This document shows positions 46,792 through 55,521 of a DNA stretch of 64,000 nt, one piece after another. Positions within the stretch are counted from its first letter, which is position 1; every line of letters begins with the position of its first letter. Position numbers and translations under genes: made by a program. Where the stretch lies: the sequence record NC_061441.1; one strand, given 5' to 3'. The notes under the pieces are model-generated. The model saw only the letters and a list, made by a program, of their open reading frames with translations, ran no database searches and was not told where the DNA came from.

Positions 46792-48061
46792 TCACGTATT
46801 CAACCACGACGAAAAGCTAACGCTCTTGTCGGTGGCTGAGTCTAAATTCCTGGTGCGGCTCGACTGCCCTGATTACTTGAAGAAGTCGAAGCACTCAATT
46901 GAGATTCGCCACACTGTAACGAACCGCGGCGAGCAACGTCGAAGCGGTGTTGTGAATACAACCTTTGTTCCGCGTATTCATACTGCAACCGTTCAGCGTT
47001 TGGTGCGTGAAGTTCGTGACAATGCTAACGTTAGTTCTGCGAACAGCCTAGCCGCGTTGTTCGAACTTGGCCTGGGTGTGCCTAAGCAAAAGGACATTGC
47101 AACGTACCTGCGAGACTACTCGCGTGATAACGATAAGAAGGGCGTGGGCATCAAATATATCCGCAAACTGATTAACGAGTATCATCGCAAGCACCGTCAT
47201 AGTTTTGCAGGAAGTCGCTGGCTGATGCCTGCTGTGTACACCGCGAACTTGCTGAACATGCAGTCATTCATTCATCTGAAAGAAGACGGTTACAGCAAGA
47301 AGGTCAAAGTGCCTGACGGTCTGCCTGTTGTTCTGATCTACCAGAACACGAACCACGCCGAAGCTGAGTTCTCTTTGTGTGACGCGTTTGCGATTAGCCC
47401 ACTGGGTTATCCGATGCCGTTCGCCCAGATTGCTCTGCGTCCTGAGTTCAAAGCTGCACCGAAGACCTTCCGCTCTAAAGCGTTACGCGGCAAAGGTATG
47501 TATAGCATGGTGATGGGCATCATGCACTGGGAGAACGGCGATGCACTGTCGAACTTCCGCGAACTGATGGCTATCGACGACGAGCCGTATCTGACTCTGC
47601 TTGGCGATGAGCAATACGCTGACCGACGCAGCCCTGAGTATCAGGCTCTGTTGGACAAACGTGCTGAGTTCCATGAGCAACGCCACGAGCATAACGAAGC
47701 GATTGCGAAGTATGGCAACACGACCCGTACGCTCAAGCCTAAGCAGGTGGAACGACTCGAACGTGCGGAAGCCTTCTTCAAAGAACGCAAGGCGTTTATG
47801 GACGAGTTTGATAAGTTCGAGAAGAAAGAGAACCATCACGCTGCGAAGAAATTCGCTGTGGCCCGAGCGCAGTTTGCTGCCGTTGATTGTGGTACCGTTA
47901 TCGACCGTTCAACCTACATGGCGGTTGCTTCCGGCCTTGATACTGTAAACAAGATTCTCACGAAGTGGGGATTTACGACGGTCGACACTGTTAATAGTAG
48001 TTTGAAGAAGTCTATCCTTACATATGACCCAACGACCGCTACTCGCGTCTGGTCTGTGTAA
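46781..48061 (+). CDS. Hypothetical protein with coiled coil
   Basis: 426-aa ORF; GAGGA SD. Confidence 0.85.
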   Translation: MFYDHVFNHDEKLTLLSVAESKFLVRLDCPDYLKKSKHSIEIRHTVTNRGEQRRSGVVNTTFVPRIHTATVQRLVREVRDNANVSSANSLAALFELGLGVPKQKDIATYLRDYSRDNDKKGVGIKYIRKLINEYHRKHRHSFAGSRWLMPAVYTANLLNMQSFIHLKEDGYSKKVKVPDGLPVVLIYQNTNHAEAEFSLCDAFAISPLGYPMPFAQIALRPEFKAAPKTFRSKALRGKGMYSMVMGIMHWENGDALSNFRELMAIDDEPYLTLLGDEQYADRRSPEYQALLDKRAEFHEQRHEHNEAIAKYGNTTRTLKPKQVERLERAEAFFKERKAFMDEFDKFEKKENHHAAKKFAVARAQFAAVDCGTVIDRSTYMAVASGLDTVNKILTKWGFTTVDTVNSSLKKSILTYDPTTATRVWSV

Positions 48062-48085
48062 ACCACTTATCTGAGGAGATAACGC

Positions 48086-51000
48086 ATGTCATCTAATACT
48101 AATAATCTGGGCGCTGCTGCAACATTCGGCTCTGAGACTCAAAAGCAATTGAACGACCAACAACGTCGTGCTCATTCTGCTGAGTCGGGCCACGTAAACA
48201 AATGTACCATCGTTGTACTGACTTCCCTGAATGCCAACAATCGTTTCTCGTACATGTCTGCCGACGAGCAACTGCGTGAACACGATATCGTGGGCAAAGT
48301 AATGGACCGTCTGCCTGGTTTGATCGAACGTGCGTCTGGCGTTTCTTCTGATCCAAACAGTGCGTACCACATTCTGCATCCGAACAACGGCGTACCGACT
48401 CGCATCGACGAGCGCATCAAAGTCGGTGAAGCTGATTCTGTCATCGTTTCATATACTGTAAATAAAGCAGTGTCAGAAATGTATGGCAGTTTGTCACTGG
48501 CTCTGTTTAGTGCTGGCGAAGGTGATATCGCAGACCTCGCGGCTGAGTATGGTATTCACTCCATCTCAATCGTTGAAGAGGCGAAAGCGCCTGACTACAT
48601 CAAAGCTCTTGCCGAACAGGTAGAAGCTCTGAAAATTGTAAATCTCACTAGCATTGACGAAGCTGATGGTGCTCTTGAGAAGCCTGTCATTAATTACAGC
48701 GCTCTGCCGGGCAATCCAATCAACGTACTGTCTGGCGCTGTTCGTACCTTCATCATGCAATCTATCAGCGGCGAAGTCTTTGCTGCAATTCCAAATAACG
48801 GAGAATTGAACGTGAAACAACCTACCAACGCAACGCCGGTTAATCTGGACGAAGACTTCGACGCAGAAGACGAAGTGGTGGACCAGCAGGGCGAAGGCGA
48901 AGAAGGCGAAGAGCCTACCGGTACTGACCTGTTCGGCTACAAAGCAGAAGCGCTGGACATTGGCCAGATGACCGAAGCGCTCGAAGCTCTGTCGTATGAC
49001 GTTAGCGCGATGGACGAAGCAGGCATTCGTGAGTCGTTCGAAACTGAGCAACAAATCTGGCTGGAAAAGAACGACAACGCCGAGTCTGATGAAGACGAAG
49101 ACGATGGCGAAGAAGTTGAAGACGACGAAGATGAAGCTGGCGACGACGAACCTCTGAACCCGGCTCTGTATCTGGCTCACCTGCTGTCTGCTGATATGCT
49201 GGATCGTCGCGCTCTGAAAACTCTGGTGCTATCGCAGGACCTGAAGGTGTACAAGTCTGACACCGAAGAAACTCTGACAACCAAGTTGTTGGAATCGGTT
49301 GAAGACGCAACCGAAGAAGAACTGGTCGAAATGCTGACCGTGTTCGTTGGCCTGCTGGACGAGAAAGAAATTGATTGTCCGAACATGCGCGCCGCTCTGG
49401 CTTCTGATGAAGATTCCGAAGAAGAAGATTCTGAGGAAGAAGAAGACGAAGAAGAGGAGGACTCCGAAGATGAGTCTGAGGAAGAAGACGAAGACGAATC
49501 TGCTGTTGCCGATGAAGACGAAGTGCAACATCAAATCGACGCCGTTGAAGATCCTCTCGACTACTTCCAGTTCCCGGGCGGCTCACTGACTGCCGAGCAA
49601 CGTATCGCTGCTGTCGAAGCGATGGGCGAAAACACCGAAGGCATGTCTATCGTGCAGGTGATGAAAGCCTTCCAGCGTATTCAAACCCAGACCAACGAAA
49701 TCGACGTTGAGTCCGAAGGCGAAAGCAACGTTGCAGAACTCGAAGCGCTGCTTGGTCAGTACGACGAAGCGACCGTTCAGCATGTAGCTGAAAGCCTGGG
49801 CATCCTCGTTGACGAATGCGAAACCGTTGACGATATGATCGAAGCGATTGCTAACGGCGGTAGCGAAGACGACTTCGCGGCTGTTGAAGAAATCGCAACC
49901 AACTACGGTATCGACCTGTCTGAAATTGCAGACGGTGATGACCTGGACTTCGTTGATGCGCTGCTGGCCGTGCTGCCTGCGTTCCTGTCTGACGACGAGC
50001 AGGAAGAAGAAGACGACGCCGAAGAAGACGAAGCGGAAGAAGTTGAAGAAGTCGCTGATGTTGACACCGACGTTGTTGAAAACGATAGCCTGCGTTTCGT
50101 CAAAGACGTTAACACCGAAAACTCTGCCGGCCCGATGCTGTCTGTTGAAATGGACCAGTCGCTGGTGATTAACTTCACTTTGACTGACGGTGATACCTAC
50201 AGCGAAATCGAATCTGAGCTGTCTGATATCAACGGCGTAAACTACCGCTATCCGTTCAACATGGGTAAAGCTGGTAAAGCACCTGGCGCGATGCTGCTGC
50301 CTGCCCAGTCTCTGATTGAGATTACTGAGCGCACTCGCACTACTCGCTTCCTGGCCGATCCGAAAACGTTCGACGTTGCACTGTGGGCGCAGAGCCTCGA
50401 AGCAACTCTGGCTGCTGAAATCGCTGCTGTCCTGTATGAAGGTCGCATCGAAGACGGTCAAGACCCAAGCGAAGCGGGCATTGTTGTCGGTGACTTCCTG
50501 GACGAAGAGGAACTGGAAGCGGCCACTGAACTCGGTCACATCGACCCTGAGCAGTTCGACGAAATGCAAGGCGACCACCTGCCTATCTCCAGCCTGTACA
50601 GCGCTCGTTCTCGTGTGCGTCCAGTGCGTGTAGATACCGCTTACGTTGCTCTGCATACCACCGTGCTGAACGTTGCAGTCCCTGGTTTCTGGGGCGATGC
50701 GCCAGTACAACGTATGGTTCAGGCCGCTGTCAACCGTGTCATTACAATGGCGCAGGACGTTGAAGGCATCAAAGTGTACGCAGGATTCACTATGGAATCT
50801 GCCGCACTGCTGAACAACGACCGCCTGTTCGAAGCGCTGTCTACGCTGCGTGAGATCGAGAACGTCCAGTCTTACTCTGCTGCTGACGCTGCGAACTTCG
50901 ACGATGCCGAAGACGTGATCGAAGTGGCAGGTGCGCTCGACTCTCGTGACCTGCCACTGTCTATCCTGTCAAGCGGTCTGGCTGCTGCGACCTTTGACAA

Positions 51001-51091
51001 CGGCGGTGACCTGACCGTTCTGGTTCCATGCTCTGTCGTCGAAGAAGAAGACGAAGTGGACGAAGACGAAGACGACGGCGAAGACGAATAA
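48086..51091 (+). CDS. 1001-aa highly acidic modular protein with several HeH-like repeats
   Basis: GAGGAG SD; acidic tracts alternate with short helical repeats; globular N- and C-terminal regions. Confidence 0.92.
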   Translation: MSSNTNNLGAAATFGSETQKQLNDQQRRAHSAESGHVNKCTIVVLTSLNANNRFSYMSADEQLREHDIVGKVMDRLPGLIERASGVSSDPNSAYHILHPNNGVPTRIDERIKVGEADSVIVSYTVNKAVSEMYGSLSLALFSAGEGDIADLAAEYGIHSISIVEEAKAPDYIKALAEQVEALKIVNLTSIDEADGALEKPVINYSALPGNPINVLSGAVRTFIMQSISGEVFAAIPNNGELNVKQPTNATPVNLDEDFDAEDEVVDQQGEGEEGEEPTGTDLFGYKAEALDIGQMTEALEALSYDVSAMDEAGIRESFETEQQIWLEKNDNAESDEDEDDGEEVEDDEDEAGDDEPLNPALYLAHLLSADMLDRRALKTLVLSQDLKVYKSDTEETLTTKLLESVEDATEEELVEMLTVFVGLLDEKEIDCPNMRAALASDEDSEEEDSEEEEDEEEEDSEDESEEEDEDESAVADEDEVQHQIDAVEDPLDYFQFPGGSLTAEQRIAAVEAMGENTEGMSIVQVMKAFQRIQTQTNEIDVESEGESNVAELEALLGQYDEATVQHVAESLGILVDECETVDDMIEAIANGGSEDDFAAVEEIATNYGIDLSEIADGDDLDFVDALLAVLPAFLSDDEQEEEDDAEEDEAEEVEEVADVDTDVVENDSLRFVKDVNTENSAGPMLSVEMDQSLVINFTLTDGDTYSEIESELSDINGVNYRYPFNMGKAGKAPGAMLLPAQSLIEITERTRTTRFLADPKTFDVALWAQSLEATLAAEIAAVLYEGRIEDGQDPSEAGIVVGDFLDEEELEAATELGHIDPEQFDEMQGDHLPISSLYSARSRVRPVRVDTAYVALHTTVLNVAVPGFWGDAPVQRMVQAAVNRVITMAQDVEGIKVYAGFTMESAALLNNDRLFEALSTLREIENVQSYSAADAANFDDAEDVIEVAGALDSRDLPLSILSSGLAAATFDNGGDLTVLVPCSVVEEEDEVDEDEDDGEDE

Positions 51092-51103
51092 TATCGTCTA
51101 AAC

Positions 51104-51132
51104 GAGTGGCTCGAAAGGGCCACTCACTTTCT
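51104..51132 (+). terminator. Intrinsic terminator
   Basis: GAGTGGCTC-GAAA-GGGCCACTC followed by ACTTTCT. Confidence 0.75.
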
Positions 51133-51147
51133 TGGGGATCTGTAAAC

Positions 51148-51969
51148 ATGACACAAGAAGTAGACCACGGAGCTAACATCGTTCAGATGATTGGTGACCG
51201 TGACGATAAAATCCGTGAACTGACCGCGAACTACCGCGAAGTGCATGGTCAGAAAGTTGATCTCGAAGCTGAGTTGAATGTCTTTGCGAATGAGAACAAA
51301 GACCTCCGCTTAACGATTCGCCGCAACGAACGTACTCATGCCGCCGAGATTGCTCTGCGTGATGAACGCATTCGTGAAGTGGTTGGTTTCTGCAACGAAG
51401 AAACTCGCGCAAAAGCTGAGTTATCCGCAGAACTTGAATCTGTAAAACAAAAGAGCGCACCGGCAATTGCCCTGCCATTCGTTTTGCAGATGATAATGTC
51501 TGCTGGCGTAGCGCACTACCACGCGATCATCGCTCAATGCGCTATCGCTGCTGTTAACCGCGCAACAAATAAAGTTGCCCGCGAGTTGCGTGAAATTTAT
51601 GATAACGATAATGTAGTGAAGCATCCTTCGCTGTATCGTGTCGCAACCCGCCTGTGTAAACAGCTCGATGTTGACCTGCCGTCTGTTCCTGAATTGCAGA
51701 AGCACCTCAAAGAACATGTGGCGCAGAACATCGACTTCTACCTGAAGGACCCGCAGTACGATCTGTCTGAATCTGCCTTGCGTCAGATTATCGCTGCGAA
51801 AAACAATGCCGCACATTATGGCTCTTATGGCCGTGACGTGTATCAGATGTTTGACTGGCTACCAGCTCTGACTGCAAGCCTGGAAGACGTTGAAGATGAC
51901 TACAACGATTTGGTGGAACAATCTGTCTATCAAGTCTGTCGTAATCTGATTAACGATAGCTTTTCATAA
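51148..51969 (+). CDS. Coiled-coil hypothetical protein
   Basis: Heptad-rich N-terminal half; start could be ATG 51148 or 51187. Confidence 0.8.
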   Translation: MTQEVDHGANIVQMIGDRDDKIRELTANYREVHGQKVDLEAELNVFANENKDLRLTIRRNERTHAAEIALRDERIREVVGFCNEETRAKAELSAELESVKQKSAPAIALPFVLQMIMSAGVAHYHAIIAQCAIAAVNRATNKVARELREIYDNDNVVKHPSLYRVATRLCKQLDVDLPSVPELQKHLKEHVAQNIDFYLKDPQYDLSESALRQIIAAKNNAAHYGSYGRDVYQMFDWLPALTASLEDVEDDYNDLVEQSVYQVCRNLINDSFS

Positions 51970-52063
51970 TCTGTAAAAGTTACCTGCAATCAAAACTGTA
52001 AACACTAATTGAAGTTCGAACCGAGCGACAAGCTCACACTTATAAAATCCCGGAGCATTAACA

Positions 52064-52615
52064 ATGGCTAAAGCACCAAAGACTTCACTGACACCTACCC
52101 TGGTTTCTCGTATCGCTAAAAAATCCGGCTCTATCGGTACTTCAAAAGTTAAGCCGTCTGACCTGCCGCACGATATCGTGATGGAAACCGTGTTGCCTGT
52201 TGAGCTGATTGGCTTCATTACCGACCGCACCGAAAACAGCGTTACCATTCGTCACAAAAAAGGTCACGGTTCTTCTGCGCAAATCGTTTCTACCTTCGGC
52301 CCGAACCAACTGCTGTCCGTGCTGGGCGAAGCTGGTTCTCACGGTAGCGTTATCGCTCTGATTAATGCGCCGGTTCGTGAGTACAAAGGCTTCAACGTTA
52401 AATACAAAGGCTCAACGCTGATCGCTACCTCTGTTGAGACTGGCGAAGTTGTTGAAGTGAACACCGCACTGCCTGGCATTACCGTTCGCGCTACTGTGAA
52501 CGAAACTGCTGCCGCTAAAAAGTACGGTACGCCGCTGCCTACCAAAGCTAAAAAGCTGGACAAAGGCGACAAAGCTGGCAAATCTGCGAAAGCGGTAAAG
52601 AAAGTAAAAAAGTAA
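52064..52615 (+). CDS. Beta-rich protein with Lys-rich termini
   Basis: GGAG SD; strong codon bias; C-tail KAKKLDKGDKAGKSAKAVKKVKK. Confidence 0.88.
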   Translation: MAKAPKTSLTPTLVSRIAKKSGSIGTSKVKPSDLPHDIVMETVLPVELIGFITDRTENSVTIRHKKGHGSSAQIVSTFGPNQLLSVLGEAGSHGSVIALINAPVREYKGFNVKYKGSTLIATSVETGEVVEVNTALPGITVRATVNETAAAKKYGTPLPTKAKKLDKGDKAGKSAKAVKKVKK

Positions 52616-52641
52616 GTAAGTCTGACGAAGACTTCTAACTT

Positions 52642-52712
52642 TCGAAATCTGTAAATATTAAGTATGCAGCGGGATAAAATGTTCCGCTGCCTGTCTCTCG
52701 AAATCTGTAAAT
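52642..52712 (+). repeat. 15-bp direct repeat containing the TCTGTAAA motif
   Basis: TCGAAATCTGTAAAT at 52642-52656 and 52698-52712. Confidence 0.85.
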
Positions 52713-52758
52713 CTTAATTGAAGCAACGTCGCTTCTAATCAAACAGGAAATAAATACC

Positions 52759-53553
52759 ATGGCTAAAGCAACCGCAAATACCGCAGCAATCGTTCTGGCT
52801 AAAATGCTGGGCGTAGTTATCGAAAACGCCGACGCGAAAGAAATCGCAGCAATCCTGAAAGAAGCCGGTCTGACTGTCTCTGGCGGTAAAGTGGTAAAAG
52901 CTGAAAAAGGCGGTAAAGCTGCTAAAGGCAAAAAGGCCAAAGCACCTACCGTTGCTGAAATCGTCGCTGCCATCAAGGACGAAGAAGAACTGGACATCTC
53001 CGGCGTAAGCGAAGATGACCTGCGCGCCGCTGTAGTTAAAGCGAAACTGTCCACCGCTAAGAAAGCAAAAGCGCTGGACGAAGATGACCTGCGCGATCTG
53101 CTGAACGAAAACCTGGGCGGCGAGTCCGATGAGGACGAAGACGAAGAAGAAGAGGACGACGAAGACGAAGACGAGGACGAAGACGACTCGGACGACGAAG
53201 ATGAAGACGGCGACGACGAAGACGACGAAGACTCTGATGAAGAAGAAGAGGACGACGAAGACGACGAAGACGGCGACGACGATGAAGAAGAAGACGAGGA
53301 CGAAGACGAGGATGAAGATGAGGACGAAGATGATGAAGATGATCTCGACCTCGACTCCCTCGACAAGAAAGAGCTGTTAGCTCTGGTCCTCGAACACAAG
53401 CTGGCGCCGGCTAAGAAAGCCAAGAAAATGGACGAAGATGAACTGCGCGAACTGTGCGAAGAACACTTCGGCGGCGAAGATGACGAAGACGAAGATGAGG
53501 ACGAAGACGACGAAGACTTCGACGATGAAGACGAAGACGAAGACGACGAATAA
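52759..53553 (+). CDS. Poly-Asp/Glu protein with two HeH repeats
   Basis: 74-residue almost pure D/E tract (53122-53343); repeats LDISGVSEDDLRAAVVKAKL...LDEDDLRDLL and LDLDSLDKKELLALVLEHKL...MDEDELRELC. Confidence 0.9.
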   Translation: MAKATANTAAIVLAKMLGVVIENADAKEIAAILKEAGLTVSGGKVVKAEKGGKAAKGKKAKAPTVAEIVAAIKDEEELDISGVSEDDLRAAVVKAKLSTAKKAKALDEDDLRDLLNENLGGESDEDEDEEEEDDEDEDEDEDDSDDEDEDGDDEDDEDSDEEEEDDEDDEDGDDDEEEDEDEDEDEDEDEDDEDDLDLDSLDKKELLALVLEHKLAPAKKAKKMDEDELRELCEEHFGGEDDEDEDEDEDDEDFDDEDEDEDDE

Positions 53554-53771
53554 GTCCTGATCTGAACCGGCCGCCCCTCTAGTTCTAACGAATGAGCGAG
53601 GGGCAAATATTCGTGTTAAAATGATGCGAATATTTTTGTAAAAAGTTTCAAAATTCCTGTTGTCGTATGTTGAACATAATAATGTATGACTACAGGAAAT
53701 CAAACCTGAATAAATTTATCTTTTCATCCAGCGGTGAAAACGCCGCATCAAATATAAAGTAAGGAACTATC

Positions 53772-54290
53772 ATGTCCAAGAAAGCAATTAGCGGCCTGAA
53801 CAAAGAAATCCGCGCAATCGAAAAATCTGAAAAAGCTCTGACCAAAACCGCTGGCGAAATCACCAAACAGTCCGAAGCGCTGGCTGCTCGTCGTGCTGGT
53901 CTGAGTGCCCAGGTCGAAGCTCTGCAAAACGACGGCGCGGCTCCTGCTGCTAAACCTGCTAAAGCGAAAGCCGCTAAAGCAGAGAAAGCTGCTAAGCCTG
54001 CCAAAGCTGAAAAAGCTGGCAAAAAAGCTAAAGCTGAAAAAGCTGAAAAACCTGCTAAGGCTAAAAAAGCCAAAGCTGAGAAAGCTGAGAAGCCTGCTAA
54101 AGCAGACAAAAAAGCAAAAGCCGCCAAAGCTGAAAAGCCGGCCAAAGCTGAAAAAGCTGGTAAGAAAGCTAAAGCAGAAAAACCTGCTAAAGCTGAAAAA
54201 GCCGGTAAGAAAGTGAAAGCAGACAAAGCTGGCAAAGCCGGTAAGAAAAGCAAAAAAGAAGCCGAAGACTTCGACTTCGATATGGAATAA
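53772..54290 (+). CDS. Histone H1-like (Hc2/AlgP-like) Lys/Ala/Pro repeat protein
   Basis: N-terminal coiled coil, then tandem KPAKAEKAGKKAKAE-type repeats, then acidic tail EAEDFDFDME; AAGGA SD. Confidence 0.85.
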   Translation: MSKKAISGLNKEIRAIEKSEKALTKTAGEITKQSEALAARRAGLSAQVEALQNDGAAPAAKPAKAKAAKAEKAAKPAKAEKAGKKAKAEKAEKPAKAKKAKAEKAEKPAKADKKAKAAKAEKPAKAEKAGKKAKAEKPAKAEKAGKKVKADKAGKAGKKSKKEAEDFDFDME

Positions 54291-54322
54291 GCAAGCGCCG
54301 CTCATTAGCGGTACTTGATTCG

Positions 54323-54354
54323 AAAGGGCAGCGCTGACGAGCGTTTGCCCTTTT
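54323..54354 (+). terminator. Intrinsic terminator
   Basis: AAAGGGCA-GCGCT-GACG-AGCGT-TTGCCCTTTT. Confidence 0.8.
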
Positions 54355-54387
54355 GTCATATCTGTGTCAATTTTCGAGGTGAATCGA

Positions 54388-54870
54388 ATGTCTGCCGAAC
54401 ATCTGCTTAACGACGACCTGCCTGACGACTCCTTAGTTGTCCCTGCCCTCAAACAGGACAAGCCTTCCTATTACGACTTGATGACGCTACGCTTAGAAGC
54501 TGGCGCACGTCTTGCTCGCTCCCTTAAAACTCTGGTCGATGCGCGTGTCATTCACGGTCCAGCGTTAAACGACCTGCTCCCAGCCGCATTGCGTATCGCT
54601 GAAACCCACTGGGCTGATATCTGCAATGGCCTAACTCCTGTTCACGACGAGAGCAATAAAATCACGCTTGTCGGTAATCTCCCTGCCTGCATCGAAGCGT
54701 TCCGCATTGTCGTCATGGAACATGCACAACGTAACGCACTGGAACTTGAGTGCCGTAACATGGTGGCACACGACGATGGCTTTAAGCTGCTGACTCGCCC
54801 ACAACTGCTGCATATTGAACCTAAACATGTCTGCGATGGAAACTGCGACCATGACTCAAAAACTGTCTGA
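54388..54870 (+). CDS. Hypothetical protein
   Basis: GAGGTG SD. Confidence 0.75.
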   Translation: MSAEHLLNDDLPDDSLVVPALKQDKPSYYDLMTLRLEAGARLARSLKTLVDARVIHGPALNDLLPAALRIAETHWADICNGLTPVHDESNKITLVGNLPACIEAFRIVVMEHAQRNALELECRNMVAHDDGFKLLTRPQLLHIEPKHVCDGNCDHDSKTV

Positions 54871-55393
54871 GCAACTCAACCGATATTTCAACCTCATGGA
54901 GAAAATCCGTGAGCAACTGTTCCGCACTCTGCCTGTGTCCGACCGTTACATGTGCATCGTAAGTTTCAGCACACAGTACCAGGCACTACAATGCGACCTC
55001 GTTAGCAAAGAGAGTCTGCTCCCTGCTAAACTTCTCGAAGGCCTGACTGGTCAAGAGCTGGTGGTGTATGGAACAATCAAAGCCCAGATTGAAAAGTGGG
55101 TTGCGGACGGTATGGTGGACGACTTCCCTATCGCACAACATGCCGACACGTATGCTCAATATCGTGTGTCTGTTGGTGATGCAGAAGCAGACCAGAGCCG
55201 TCAGACGATAGCTGATGAGGACTTGGCTGCGTATGTTGAGTCGCTTCCCAAGTCAGATGCCCTGAAATACGTTGACCCTCTGAGCAAGTATGAGCTGGCT
55301 ATTCTCTGCAAAGCATGGGGCATTCCCCAAGATGCCAGTGAGACTGTCATGCTGTCTCTCATCAAGGGTCATATTCTGCGCCGCGCTCCCTAA
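54851..55393 (+). CDS. Hypothetical protein with C-terminal HeH motif
   Basis: LSKYELAILCKAWGIPQDASETVMLSLI. Confidence 0.75.
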   Translation: MTQKLSEQLNRYFNLMEKIREQLFRTLPVSDRYMCIVSFSTQYQALQCDLVSKESLLPAKLLEGLTGQELVVYGTIKAQIEKWVADGMVDDFPIAQHADTYAQYRVSVGDAEADQSRQTIADEDLAAYVESLPKSDALKYVDPLSKYELAILCKAWGIPQDASETVMLSLIKGHILRRAP

Positions 55394-55397
55394 CTCA

Positions 55398-55456
55398 AAC
55401 TCTGCATATTTCTGGACAGAACCTGAGTAGCGTCTAATACTTTCGTATGATATAAT
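55398..55456 (+). promoter_or_regulatory. Promoter cassette copy 11 (upstream of topoisomerase operon)
   Basis: AACTCTGCATATTTCTGGACAGAA; TG-A-TATAAT at 55448-55456; GG 37 nt upstream. Confidence 0.8.
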
Positions 55457-55521
55457 AGCTTGAGACAAGTAGTGTCTGAACATGCTAATATCGAGTAGTT
55501 AAACGCTACTCATAGGAGAAC

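Noticed and set aside
43666-53606. Long minus-strand ORFs (e.g. 43666..44598, 44706..46019, 49583..50710, 52635..53606)
   Set aside because: Antisense shadows of strongly biased plus-strand genes: GAA/GAC runs read as poly-Phe/Ser/Val, they lack SD sites and fully overlap real CDSs.
53100-54260. GAC/GAA and GCT/AAA runs as microsatellites or assembly artefacts
   Set aside because: Runs are synonymously diversified and in frame, consistent with selection on low-complexity protein sequence.
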